Positions 44,105-58,537 of a DNA stretch of 64,000 bases are shown here, piece after piece. Each line of letters begins with the position of its first letter. Within the stretch, counting starts at the first letter, position 1. This DNA is from Eledone cirrhosa (Eukaryota), in NCBI GenBank assembly GCA_964016885.1, contig OZ024743.1, positions 182,032,001 to 182,096,000 of the forward strand. Direction: 5' to 3'. The position numbers and the translations under genes are program-made. The notes below the pieces were generated by a model. It made no database searches, was not told the DNA's origin, and saw only the letters and a program-made list of their open reading frames with translations.

Positions 44105-46322
44105 AAGGAACCAAAAATAATCAACATATCGGCAAAAAAACTAACACAACAGGAAATAAAATTCCTAGAAAATGGACTGAAATTCACACCCACTCCAAAA
44201 GCAGATCAAGCCGACCTTATAAAAGACACAGAAGATTTTTGTTTAAAATTATGTCTATGAGAATTCTTCCAGGGTGTAGAATACGAGGAAGAATCACTAG
44301 TAAGAAACAAAAAGAACTTCAGGCCTCCGTTAAATAGAGACAAACACCTGGAGGACTACATAACCTACCTCCGACGATCGGCACAGTCAAATATTGCAGA
44401 GACGAAACACAAATACAACATCCCTACAGACCAACTGCAAGCACTAAACAAACTACAAAAAGACTCCTCAATAATCATAAAAGAAGCGGACAAAGGTGGA
44501 GCAATCATGATCATGGACAAAAACCACTACAAGGATATGGTCCTAGAACAGTTGAATTACGAGGATTTTTACAGAAAAATCAGCAAAAACGAAGAAAGAA
44601 AATCGATGATTAAAGTAGGCAAACTGACGACCAAGTACCAAAACAACCTCACACTAAAGGAAATCAATTACTTAACCAACTTCGAAATGAAAACCAGCAA
44701 TTTCTATGGTTTACCGAGGGTTCACAAATCCAGAGAAATCCAAAACAACATAAAAGGCAAAAATACATCATATGTTGAAGTGCCAAAACCGACAGATTTA
44801 AAATTACGCCCAATTGTTGCTGGTCTAGCCTCAAGCACACAACGTCTAAGCAACCTATTAGACATCGTACTGAAACCCTTATGTAAAAAAAGTGCCAAGC
44901 TTCGTCAGAGATGATATGGAATTCCTGAACTATATCCCCAGAAAGTACACCAAGAAACAATCTTAGTGAACTTTGACGCAACAAGCTTATATACTAACAT
45001 CCCACACGACTTAGGAGTTGAAGCTGTTGACTTCTGGATTACAAAACACCCAGACTACATTTTAAAGAGATTCCCCAAAAAATTTATTTTGGAAGGACTC
45101 AAACTAGTACTGGAGAACAACCACTTCCTTTTTTATAACGAACTATATTTACAAATAAAAGGAACACCCATGGGCACCAAAGTGGCCCCAACATATGCAA
45201 CACTCGTTATGAGCCACCTGGAGGCAAAATTACATTCCAAACTGCAGGAAACATTCAGTCATGACTTCGCTACCTAAATTAATCACAACTGGAAACGCTA
45301 CCTAGACGACTGCTTTATCTTCTGGAATAGAAGCCAAGAAGACCTGCAAAGATTCCATTCCATCATAAACAATCTTCACGAAGAAATAAAATTCACATGG
45401 AATGTAATAAAAAGGAACTACCGTTTCTGGATATCTTTATCATTAAGGAAGGGGAAAATATCAAAACGGACTTATTTTACAAACCAACAGACACACACCA
45501 ATACTTGAATTTCCGTTCAGCACACCCATCACATACCAAAAGGAACATTCCTTTTAACATGGCAAGACGCATCTGCACCATAGTAACACACCCCACACTA
45601 CAGGAAAAAAGATTATATGAACTAAAAGAGTTCCTTAAAAGACAAGAATATCCGGTGAACCTCATCAACACAGCCATCTCCAAAGCCCAGAACATCCCAG
45701 TGACAACACTGAGAAAAACAAAGCAACAAAATTGAATGGAAAAAACAGTCATCCCTTTTGTCACCACTCACAATCCAAGGAACTTCAACATTGTAAAAGC
45801 CGCCAAACAATATCTCCCGATTCTCCAGCAGTCCCCTAAAATGAATGCACTCATAAAAGACGCACAAATTATATATAGTAGACGCCAACCTAAAGAAACT
45901 GCTTACCAAGGCAAAATTTACGTCTAATAATAAAGCAATGCAAGTTAAGAAATGCGGGGACCCTCGATGCGAAACTTGCGAACACATTGAAGAGGGTGGA
46001 CAAATCTTCTTTAAAAACAACCAGTCTTTCGCAGTTAATGCAAACATGAATTGCAAAACAAAAAAACTTGATTTACTGTGCAACCTGCCCTCAATGTAAA
46101 GAATACTGCATTGGTGAAACCGGAACGGGTCTACATGACAGAGTTCGAGTACATAAACAACTAATTAGAGACCCCTCTATCAGAAACACCACATGCAGTG
46201 AAAGGGAAATTTCACAATTTTCCCCTTCTTTAAGATATGGTCGGACAACGAACATTTCCGAAAATATAAAGAAGAATTCTTTATTAGAAAATACAAACCA
46301 CTACAGAACACAAAAAAAGTGA
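44105..46322 (+). pseudogene. Near full-length degenerate PLE ORF (Neptune-like RT + GIY-YIG)
   Basis: GLKFTPTP, KEADKGG, FYGLPRVHK, LRPIV, FDATSLYTNIP, GTPMGTKVAPTYA, RYLDD, LPFLD, CGDPRCETC, IYCATCPQC..CIGETG; several stops and frameshifts. Confidence 0.9.
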
Positions 46323-46788
46323 TATTCCATCTTCAAGTAACGGGATTCTCCCCTTCTCTTTTCTTTAAAAAAATCTCATATTGAAAAAGAAAAATAGTTG
46401 ATGACACCCGTACTTTCAAATATTCGATCGCTGAAGAGGAGAAAAACCCTCAGAGGTACAATAACATTTCATTAATTCCCCTTCCCCACACCAATGTATA
46501 TATGAACTTAAACACTTGAGTAGATGTGTGTACATATATGTATGTATAGATGTATTTTGTTATATATGTGTCTGTAGGTATACAGATATATGTGTACATG
46601 TTTATATGTATGCGTGTATATATGTGTATGTATGCACGTGCGTATGTGTGATATATATATATATATGTATGTGTGTGTATGTGTGCATATATATATATGT
46701 GTATGTGTATATATATATATATATGTGTGTGTGTGTATATGTGTGTGTATATATGTATGTGTGTGTGTATGTATATGTATATATATAC

Positions 46789-46856
<68 letters not shown>

Positions 46857-46905
46857 ATGTTTGTGTGTATATGTATGTATGTACATGTATGTGTGGGTGT
46901 ATGCA

Positions 46906-46950
<45 letters not shown>

Positions 46951-47029
46951 ATATATGTGGGTGTATATGTGTGTGGGTGTATGTTTATGTGTATATGTAT
47001 GTATGTACATGTATGTGTGGGTGTATGCA

Positions 47030-47064
<35 letters not shown>

Positions 47065-47145
47065 GTATATACGTGGGTGTATATGTGTGTGGGTGTATGT
47101 TTATGTGTATATGTATGTATGTACATGTATGTGTGGATGTATGCA

Positions 47146-47199
<54 letters not shown>

Positions 47200-47259
47200 G
47201 GTGTATATGTGTGTGGGTGTATGTGTATATATATGTGTATGCATGTGTGTGTATATATA

Positions 47260-48170
<911 letters not shown>

Positions 48171-48493
48171 GTACAGTATATACCAAATGATACTAAATAT
48201 GAAGTATTTCATTTAAAATCAAGACATCAATCCCTTATTTCTCCAGCCCCAATTCCATCAATTGAACTGTTTCAAAAACTGTACTCCATCTTTAAGTAAT
48301 TTCTCCTAATGTAACTCTAACGCAGCAAACCTTTGGATGACTCCCAATATTCCAGTCACAGTTACACATGTTGAGAGAGAGATCTTTAGAATTTTAGTTA
48401 GTATTAAAAATATGTTTTATCTATCAGTAATTAATCTGGAGATCTTCGTAGACGAATCTCTAACATATATAAACGCGCGCACCAGGTCGATAC

Positions 48494-48585
<92 letters not shown>

Positions 48586-48669
48586 AGAATAGGATGGATG
48601 TGTAGTTGCTAGTTAAATATATATATATATAATATATATATTCGAATACATAGTTTTTCGAATATTAAT

Positions 48670-48858
48670 AATTGTTTCAACTTTTGGCACAAGGCCAGCA
48701 ATTACCCAGTGTATTACTGGTACTTTATTTTATCGACCCCGTAAGGATGAAAGGTAAAGTTAACCTCGGCGGGATTTGAACTCAGAATGGTAAAGGCCGT
48801 AACTCTATGCGTCAAAGCATAGCGTCCGACCCTCTACCGATACTGCCAATCCACCGCC
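48670..48858 (-). mobile_element. SINE family B
   Basis: Reverse complement of 35823-36012. Confidence 0.85.
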
Positions 48859-48981
48859 ATAGTATTCGATTCGTTTGCAATTATGCAAACACCTCTTTTT
48901 TAAAGCCATGTCAGTAGAATGTTCCAGCCATCCGACTGAGGCCTTGCTGGCGCACCGCCCTTCAAAAGTTCTGTCAGAAGT

Positions 48982-49028
<47 letters not shown>

Positions 49029-49029
49029 A

Positions 49030-49138
49030 GGAAAAGGTTCAGGACCCCGACGGCAGAGCTCATGCTGTTCCGACGGCTTTGAGAGAAATAGCCGTCGAAC
49101 CGGCTTGAGCTCTGCCGTCGGGGTCCTGAACCTTTTCC
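49030..49138. mobile_element. Palindromic TA-flanked MITE (Tc1/mariner-like)
   Basis: TA|GGAAAAGGTTCAGGACCCCGACGGCAGAGCTCA...TGAGCTCTGCCGTCGGGGTCCTGAACCTTTTCC|TA. Confidence 0.75.
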
Positions 49139-49383
49139 TATTACCCACTCTACTACCCAAAGTATCGAGTAGTCTAGTGCGTTATGGTCCACCTGGTTCC
49201 TTACCACACTTCCTTCGTTATATATATATATATATAAGGATTAGAATACTGGAGCGTGTTTGAGTCAAACACCCTCTTCGTATTATAGAAATGACAGTAA
49301 AAGGTATAGCTCAATGCAGTTAAACAGAGCCAAAAAATTAAGAGAGTAAAACAAAGAATCCTTTAATACATCAAAAGTTTTTA

Positions 49384-49427
49384 TTAGCCGACAATGTTTC
49401 GTCCTATTAAGGACTCATCAGGGCAAT
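49384..49427 (-). ncRNA. Canonical minimal type I hammerhead ribozyme
   Basis: gcc-CTGATGA-gtcct-taat-aggac-GAAA-cattg-tc/ggc; GUC cleavage triplet, all core nucleotides intact. Confidence 0.88.
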
Positions 49428-49754
49428 CAAAACAACAAGAGGTAATTTCGGCAGATACAAGCCAGAAACTCTGAAGAATATGGAGTGTACATACACTAAT
49501 GTCTTACAAAGATATACGATAATATAAATGAAGATAAAAATAATAAAATTATAATAACTAAGGATGTAGATAACATTAAGAACCATATTACAAATATAGT
49601 CCAAAGCCACCAACTTAAATCTAAACAAATTTGGTTATATAGAGCAGGAATTATATATAACACAGTATAATACATTGTAATAATAATATATCTATACCAA
49701 CATTAAAATTCCAAATTAAAAATCAAAAGGTACAATATATACATGTATATATGT

Positions 49755-49850
<96 letters not shown>

Positions 49851-50729
49851 TACAATACACATATCTATTTTCTATTACACAGAAATTAAGCCCTATTGGA
49901 AGTTTGAATATTAAAAATATCAAAAATAAGCATGGTAATAGTGAAAATAATGCTAATACATCTACCAAATATACATGAGGCAATAATATGATATAATTAC
50001 AAGAAACACTTATAACAAATAATAAACAACAAAATTATATAATTCAATACAATATAATAAAGTAGAATAGATAATCCCCGGTTAATTTACAGAAACAATA
50101 TAGATGTCACAGTGAAATACAATGATAAAATGTTAACATTATATTAACAATTACCATAAACAATATGTACAACATGATTCATACTGGGTTACATAATAAA
50201 TGAGGAAATATCAATCATATAATATAATACAATAATACTCAAAAAAACTATATTGGTACAGGGAACAATTATGATGTTACAGAAAAAATATGATGTTACA
50301 GAAAAAATATACAGACATCTAACATGATATGTAAAGTCTAAATATCATAATGTTACATATTACAATATTAAAATATTAAAAAATCCAGACATCTTATATG
50401 ATATATAAAGTTTAAATATCATAATGTTATATATAATAAACGGTAAGTAATAAGGATCAATATCATAATGTAATATATTTTAAAAATTGGCATAAAATAT
50501 ATAAATAAATACTTATAATTTCAAGGTTAGTAGACAGACATGTGTGGATGAGTGAACGAAGCCAGACAGTGAATAGTAAATAGAATATAGGATAAAACAA
50601 ATAAATACAATCAACCGGAAATTACAAAACAAAGCAAATGTATACACATTTAGGCCTCGCGTGCATTAAGAAATTTGGTAAACACCAATTATATATTGCT
50701 GGCCTTGTGCCAAAAGTAGAAACAATTAT

Positions 50730-51060
50730 TATATATATAACTCTGTGATTGTGTGCTTGTCTGTTATTTAATACAGCCAAAACGGCGCTTAATCGGAAAA
50801 TACTTTGAAAGGAAGTTGCCCCTGAAATCACAATACTAATGGAATAACCCAAGTTTCGTGTAAATCGAAGCACGGGTTTCCGAGATACGGCGTTTTTCCG
50901 GGTACCTTCATATATATAGAGAGAAAAAGAGATAGTGGTTGTGAGAGAGTAGATTAAAAGAGAGACTTGTCTGTTTATATTGTAATTATTTAAAGTGAAC
51001 ATGATTTTTAAAAGAAATATTTTTAAGTGAATGTCATCCAACGGGTCACGGGTGGTCTAG
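50730..51060 (+). mobile_element. Probable short non-autonomous Helitron
   Basis: tatatataactctgtg..gtctg start, weak hairpin and CTAG|T end, directly upstream of another Helitron. Confidence 0.45.
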
Positions 51061-51071
51061 TATATACACAA

Positions 51072-52355
51072 TCTCTATATATAAAACTGTGGTTGTCTGT
51101 CTGTCTATCGATTTTTGGCACACATCTCCTCTTAGAATCTCTCACGGAATTGCACCGAAATTGCTATACTTGTACATTGAGCCCTAGCGAAGACATCGGA
51201 AAAAAAATATTTCAAATTGACCTGCCCTATCTGACGAAATCGAATATAATGTATCGATTTTTGAGCGTAAGTGATCAGTTATTTCCCTTTGTTCTGTTTA
51301 CATTGAGCGTCTGCGTGCAAAAATTAAAAAAATTACGCTGGCTTTCTCAGCGTTTAAAATGACATTAACAATAATTTTTACTTGAAAACAAGTCTATTTA
51401 AAGACTACGTAAAACAAGCAAATATTTCGTAAAAAAAAGCAAAAATTATATAAGTTTATTTAAAATATATGTATCTGTAAATTTCGTTACGCGTGCAGTC
51501 AGTTTTATATATATAGATGATAAACAATAATATCCTCTATGAGGTCACTAAACCTGCTAGAAACAGCAGCTAACTCTCCCTCATATCACACCACTCCCTA
51601 CTGTCTTAAATTTAGAAAACACATATCCTCTATGAGGTTACTAAACCTGCTAGAAACAGCAGCTAACTCTCCCTCATATCACACCACTCCCTACTGTCTT
51701 AAATTTAGAAAACACATATCCTCTATGAGGTTACTAAACCTGCTAGAAACAGCAGCTAACTCTCCCTCATATCACACCACTCCCTACTGTCTTAAATTTA
51801 GAAAACACATATCCTCTATGAGGTTACTAAACCTGCTAGAAACAGCAGCTAACTCTCCCCCATATCATACCCCTCCCTACTGTCTTAAATTTAGAAAACA
51901 TATCTTCTATGAGGTCACTAAACCTGCTAGAAACAGCAGCTAACTCTCCCTCATATCACACCACTCCCTACTGTCTTAAATTTAGAAAACACATATCCTC
52001 TATGAGGTCACTAAACCTTCCAGAAACAACAGCTAACTTTCCCTCATATCACAACCCTCCCTACTGTCTTAAATTTAGAAAACACACAGACAACCATGCA
52101 GAACAACTCCATCGCAGCTCTGTTGTTCGGCTGGCATCGTCTACTCGCGTGTTGCGCAAGTACTGTGAAACAATAAATTTCAACACTTTTTTGCACAGAG
52201 ATAATATCCATAGGCGAAACTACAATTGTCACTGCTGGCGCAGCTCATGCTTCCAGGTCTGCAATTCATTCACCCAGTGCCTGGCAGACAAAAAAGTGCT
52301 GCAACCTAACTTTGGTAACTTAATGACCCCGAGCAACGCCGGGCTTTAATGCTAG
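51072..52355 (+). mobile_element. Non-autonomous Helitron-like unit carrying a 93-bp tandem array
   Basis: 5' ~360 bp and the last ~30 bp (gaccccgagcaacgccgggcttta.tgctag|t) match 21133-22067. About 6 copies of a 93-bp unit at 51530-52085. Confidence 0.75.
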
Positions 52356-52480
52356 TACACAATAAAAAAAAAAAAAACAACGTGTAAACGAAACTTCATC
52401 GTTTTTCTTAATATATACACTCTGCCTGTGCATCGAGTGTTCGTTTTGGTACAACCAGCAGTAATTCACTGAATCACAGA

Positions 52481-52594
<114 letters not shown>

Positions 52595-52658
52595 CATATG
52601 TGTATGTGCATAAATCATTAGAGAGAGAGAGAAAGAAAGAAAGAATGAATGACTGACA

Positions 52659-52726
<68 letters not shown>

Positions 52727-52729
52727 GAG

Positions 52730-52800
<71 letters not shown>

Positions 52801-53181
52801 TGTTTGAGTGTGTATGTACATATATGTGTTGAGGTTCAGACGTGTAAAAGTTAAATTAAGATTCTTTGAATAGGTTTGTTTGTTTGTGTTGTGCTAATTA
52901 GGAAATGAAGCAATTTTGTAGTTCCTTTGAAATTTAAGATTGTTGATAGCAATTATAATCAGCAAGCGATTAAATAGTTTGATCACCTGCTGCAATCACT
53001 AAGGATTTTAAATTACTCTGTTTCGCCGCATATTAGACGCAGGTTTTCTAAAACTACTCTGCATCCTGTAAGCTGAAGATGAGTGACAGGAGTAATAAAT
53101 TCGGAGTGAACGTTTCAAGCTGCAACAAAATGTTTAGCAGATGAGCACTAGGCCTATCGTATATTTTAATAAACCCATAAG

Positions 53182-53464
53182 CAGGGCCGGATTTAATGGG
53201 AGTGGCAAACGGAGGCATTTGTCACTGGCGCCTTGCAGTGGGGTGGGTTGGGGTGGGGCACCAACGACAGCCGTAGCAATTTATTTTTGCCCTCAGTTGG
53301 GCTTTTTAATAACTGTATGTATAACTTTTCAATTCCAATTACTTGCGCCAAGCTAACTTTGATGTGTAAAATTGGTGTGTTTGCTGTGTATTCTAATTTT
53401 TTGTGTATGCGGGGCCTCCCAAACCTGAAGTGCCCCGGGCCCCCAATGTCTAAATCCAACCCTG
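53182..53464 (+). mobile_element. hAT-like MITE
   Basis: cagggccggattta...taaatccaaccctg; same family as 40735. Confidence 0.75.
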
Positions 53465-53780
53465 TTTGACAAGGCTGGTTCTTGAATTAAAGGTACAACT
53501 AATTGTTTACAGTTGAGTAGACCGTTTCGGGTGTTTTGAGTGCTAAAATGTATTGCTCTCTTTTTGGATATGGAGAGGAGAAGAGAGAGAGGGTGAGATA
53601 GAGAGAAAGAGGAAGAGAGGTTAATTTTGAATATATATATATATATATATAATAAAAAGGACGATTTATTATGTCTTCTTCCTATATATATATATATATA
53701 TATATATACATTATGAAGAGAGAAGAAACATTTAGATATAATTAGTAATAAAATGTATCATACCTAAACTGTTCCTAAAT

Positions 53781-53868
53781 TCCTCGACTACGTAGTTTCG
53801 TGGCATAAACAAAAACAATATATCAAAGATATAGAGTCCTTGCGAGGTCTGCCGACTTATCAAGAGGA
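53781..53868 (-). ncRNA. Degenerate hammerhead motif
   Basis: tcctc-TTGATAA-gtcggca...tgccac-GAAA-ctacgtag-tc/gagga; palindromic stem III and GUC site intact, first core box altered. Confidence 0.6.
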
Positions 53869-54292
53869 TACCTCATTTTACTAGTCTCAAGAACGCGTCT
53901 ACACGACGTGAGAAAGAATCCCAAAAGGCGGAGGGGGAGATAGTCACGCGATATAACGGTCGAGAAACAGAGCTAAGCCTCTTATAACCACGAAGAAAAT
54001 ACCACGGAGGCGGAGGGGGTATTCATATCGAGGCCGCAGAAGAGGTAGTGAAGAAGGCGAGAAGTATGAGTAATGGAAGCTTTCCAGTTGTCCCCACACT
54101 TCAAAGATTGCTCGACCAGAGGGAGTTATTAATATATTTAGAAACACACAGATACATGCGGACACACACATATATACATGAATGCATCCGCACCCAACTG
54201 TGAGTTAAGGGTGCCAACTTCACCGATGTTGCTCAATGAATGACTGGGACAGACCAATTCAGTTTGAACTAGACTATATATATATATATATA

Positions 54293-54588
54293 TATAATCA
54301 CGAAACAACTTTCAGATATCCAAACAAAAAACATACCACCCAGCTTGCAAACCACGTATGGGGCCTTATGAATAACGGCAAGTCCTTTTCCATCAAATGG
54401 CGTATTTTGGAAAGATCTACCGCTTACGTAAATGGATCAAAATTTTGTCGACTTTGTATTTCCGAAAAAGGGTGAATACTCTCACAATTAGCTTCAGATA
54501 AGCACTGCCTCGACACACGGCTCGATTGCTTTGTCGGTTGTCCCCATGTGAAGAAATATATTTTGGATAAATGGTTTAGGCCTGACTA
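54293..54588 (+). mobile_element. GIY-YIG C-terminal fragment of another PLE (same broad clade as 60642)
   Basis: YNHETTF..TQLANHVW.L..IKWRIL..AY..SKFCRLCISEK..C.H. Confidence 0.8.
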
Positions 54589-54841
54589 ACAGGTCTAGAA
54601 GTATCTTTTGATTTACTGACTATATTGTAATTCAGTGAAATTGGATCTTTGGAGTCAACTAGAAGAAATTATTGTGCTTCTATTTTCATTAAAAATTGAC
54701 AGTGCTCCATTACAAATATACATTTTGTTAGCACTCTGAGTATCCTTGGATCACCTATGTATTCAAATTATTTCTTATTGAATGTGTAATCGAGGGCAAG
54801 TGAGACTATAGAAAATGTTTTTCCTATCGTCTCGGCAACTA

Positions 54842-54903
<62 letters not shown>

Positions 54904-55486
54904 TACCAGTCAAGTACTGGGGTCGATTCTTCCTCTATATCTCTTTCTCACTTCCATTCTCTCACTTTCTTCTCTGGAAGAAATCTGCTGTATTCAGACC
55001 TGGAAAAGAACTGGGCTCCACGATGTTTATTTTTATTAATACTCTAGAAACACCGCATACGGTGCCCCTACGACTCCCTCGAGAGTAACGGAACCATGCA
55101 TGCCAAGCAACCTTTCTTTGTTATTATGAATGGGCGTTAGTATACTAACGTCCGCTAGTTGACGACATTCACCGAAATATGGAGACCTAGGATGTGTATT
55201 TTTATCGTTGTAATTTATTCACTTATATCATATGACATTTGATTGTTGTTATTGTTGTTGTTGTTGATTAAAGAACATAGTTTTAGAAATTTCTAATTCC
55301 GGTCACCCCCACCAGCACCAGCACAAGCACAAACCCCCACGCCCACCCACAATAAGTTCTTGGCGTTTATTTTAGATTATAATTAAAGTAAAATAGTCCA
55401 AGATCAGTTCTCACAGCATGCCAAAAAAAAACATTTTAAAAAACATTTTAAACATTCCCTTCATAAACGAACTTTAAAAAATATTA

Positions 55487-55648
55487 GAGCCTTGCGACCT
55501 AGAATTGCTCTTCCAGCGCATTTCCCTCGCCATCCTCCGGGGAAACGCCTTCTCTGTTCTGTCTGCCGGGGCAGCGGGGCGGCCAGTGCTCACAATAGTG
55601 GGAGATGGGGTGAACGGGAGAGACGAAGGCAGTGACATGGGAGTTTGA
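55487..55648 (+). mobile_element. CRE-like LINE extreme C-terminus
   Basis: EPCDLELLFQRISLAILRGNAFSVL...; homologous at DNA level to 9095-9132. Confidence 0.7.
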
Positions 55649-55952
55649 TTCCATTGTGTTCCGACCTGGTATATATGTATATATTTATTTACCACACCTC
55701 ATTGACTGTCTGCTCATGTGTATGAAGATCCCGTAATAGGCTGAAAGCAGAAAGGCTATTACTTATTAATAGCAATCACTGTATTTAGTGTGACGTTCAT
55801 AGTGACGTAACGACATTTCAAACTGAAATTAGAAAGAGAAGGGAAGGAACGGGAGAAGAAAGCCAATTCTTGTCGATTATATCACAACTCTTCATTCCAT
55901 CGGACGTGCCAGCCTATATAGACGTTAACTTTTTTTTTCACGGTGAAAATAT

Positions 55953-56017
<65 letters not shown>

Positions 56018-56501
56018 AAGTATGTGGTCCCGTAACCTCTAATGACATACAGCCTTATCAAGTGTGTGTGTCTGTTGATGTTCTCTCTCTTTCATTCGCT
56101 GCCTCCGTCTCTCTCGCTCTCCCCATCTCTCGCTATTATATACAAATGGGGGCCCACGCGCTAGCCGACCCGCGGTCCCGCCGGCGGACAGAATAGAGAA
56201 GGTGTTTCCTTGGAGGATGATGATGGAGACGCGTTGGAAAAGACATTCCTTAGTCTCCGTTTTATTTTACAAAACTGTTTATACAAAAACAAAACACGCT
56301 ATAAAGGGAACAAAAAAGGAAATGAAAAGAAGAAAAAGAAAAAAGAAGCAAGCAGCGTAAGAAAGGGAGAGGGGGGGGACAGACACTACACTCCTGTCTG
56401 AGTGGTGTTTGAGCTGCACCCCGTGAACAAGGTGGATTATACAGCTGTGCTTGTGTATGGGTTATTTTTCGAAAGAAAAGGAACAATGATAAATTAAATT
56501 C

Positions 56502-56628
56502 ACAGATTGTATTAACATGTGGTACACAGATTGTATTAACATGTAGTACACAGATTGTATTAACATGTGGTACACAGATTGTATTAACATGTAGTACACA
56601 GATTGTATTAACATGTGGTACACAGATT
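56502..56628. repeat. 24-bp tandem repeat, about 5 copies
   Basis: cacagattgtattaacatgtRgta with alternating g/a. Confidence 0.9.
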
Positions 56629-56719
56629 TCTCATTCAACTGAAACAATCCTTCTATTCTATCGTGGCATTTCAGAGAAACTATCGCATTCGTAAGAGTCT
56701 AATTCTAAAGTTTGTCTCG

Positions 56720-56982
56720 AGCCCGGAGGCTGATCAGGCCAGTGCTTATCTCGGTTTCAGTGGCGTGAAGCGACTGAGAGTACAAGACTTTCCCCTGGAC
56801 ATGACACCAGTCCATCGCAGGGTTAAACCCCCAGATATTACTGGTACTCATTTTCAGCTGAGTATACTGGAGCAACGTGAAATGAAGTGTTTTGCTCAAG
56901 AACACAACACACATCCCAACCCAGGAATCAAACACACGAAATTGTGATTGCAAGTCCAAAACCTTTACCACCAGGCCACGCG
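56720..56982 (-). mobile_element. tRNA-derived SINE family A, full length
   Basis: Minus strand tggcctggtggtaa..gtttgattcc..ttcttgagcaaaacacttcatttcacgttgctcc..aaccctgcgatggactgg. Confidence 0.8.
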
Positions 56983-57151
56983 CAGAGTAAAATCTGCAAA
57001 ATACACAATATTGTCGTGATAAACACTAAGAGAGAAAGAAATCATAATTAATTTTAACAGACATTCTACTTTTTTATCAGTTTTTATTGAGGGTTTTTTT
57101 TCTGTTTTTTCCATGAGAAATACTTGTAACAGTCTGGGGAGCGCAAAAATA

Positions 57152-57275
57152 TAATTGTTTCTACTTTGGGCACAAGTCCAGCAATTACCCCAGTGCATTA
57201 CTGGTGATTTATTTTATCGACCCCGTAAGGATGAAAGACAAAGTTAACCTCGGCAGGATTTGAACTCAGACCGTA
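57152..57275 (-). mobile_element. SINE family B 3' part
   Basis: Matches 17363-17485. Confidence 0.8.
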
Positions 57276-57952
57276 ATATCGAATAATCAGCCCCACTTAT
57301 TAAATCTTGCTCATCCATCTCCGGCCAAATTTTATTTCAAGTTGTAGCATTCCTGCGACAATTGATTTTCTTTAGGCATTAAAAGACATATATGGGGAAA
57401 AATACATTACTAGAAATCCCAAACGTTATAAAATAAATAGGATAGGTTGTGGTCTCAATTTGTAAACTAAACGACTAATTCTGGTTTTTAAAAATCAATG
57501 GAGATAACCTAGAAAAATTACCGATTTTCCACCACCAGTTCACCCACCCCACCCCACTTATTCCACCCACCCCGCTTATTCCAACCTCTCTTAATTAATT
57601 AATTAATGTGTCTGCAAATAAATACGATAACTCATTGCCTTCTCTATTCTGTCCTCCGGGACCACAGGACGGCCAGCGCGTGGGTTTCCATTTACATATA
57701 ATAGTAAGAGATGGGGAGAGCGAAAAAGACGGAGGCTGTGAGTGAAAGAGAGAGAGAGAGAAGATCAACATATATAAAGTCAACAGCCCAATGAAGAGTG
57801 GAAAGACATTCTTGTAAAATATATAACTGGTTACGTATAAGAAATTGTTAGCCAGATGATAAAATGACGGTCGTTTTCTCAGCAGAAATATATCTGGAAT
57901 AGATTCAATGACTTCACTGTTAAAAATACTGAATGAAATAACTTCTACTTTA

Positions 57953-58451
57953 AATTTGGCAATATACCGTATGTTTAATTAAAAACATTTGGCTCTGATG
58001 ATCGCCAACCAGCGTGAAATAGACTGTTAGCTTCTCTCCCTTCTTTCGCCGAAAAGAAATAAGTGACATAGTCACTACTTTAAAACCGTTTTTAATTAAA
58101 CATACGGTATATTGCCAAATATACTATACATACATTCATGTATACATCGCTATTTCAGAACACCAATCCTAATACCTAATTTTTGCTGGACCGGCAATCG
58201 CTCTGTATAATCAGCTCCTATTATTACTGGAATTCTATAAGAATCCAGCTTCTATAATTTTCGGCGGAAGCAGAGGGTGCGTGGCTCTGATGATCGCCAA
58301 CCAGCGTGAAACAGACTGTTAGCTTCTCTTCCTTCTTTCGCCGAAAAGAAGTAAGTGACATAGTCACTACTTTAAAACCGATAGCGTATGGTCTTCTAAA
58401 TGTTTTTAATTAAACATATGGTATATTGCCAAATATACTATATATACATTC

Positions 58452-58453
<2 letters not shown>
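57953..58453 (+). mobile_element. ORF-less PLE/retrozyme-like unit with two tandem hammerheads
   Basis: ggct-CTGATGA-tcgc-caacca-gcgt-GAAA-(c/t)agactg-tt/agct at 57991 and 58283. An inverted terminal piece lies at 57953-57990. Confidence 0.8.

Positions 58454-58532
<79 letters not shown>

Positions 58533-58537
<5 letters not shown>

Noticed and set aside
46425-46455. Hammerhead after the 44105 PLE (ctgaagag...)
   Set aside because: No GAAA box or stem III follows; too degenerate to call.
49440-50620. Mitochondrial insertion (NUMT)
   Set aside because: AT-rich and skewed, but no mitochondrial tRNA, rRNA or protein motif is recognisable.
51539-52349. Repeat protein ORF (31-aa repeats)
   Set aside because: It arises from a 93-bp tandem array whose frame is broken by an indel; no coding context.
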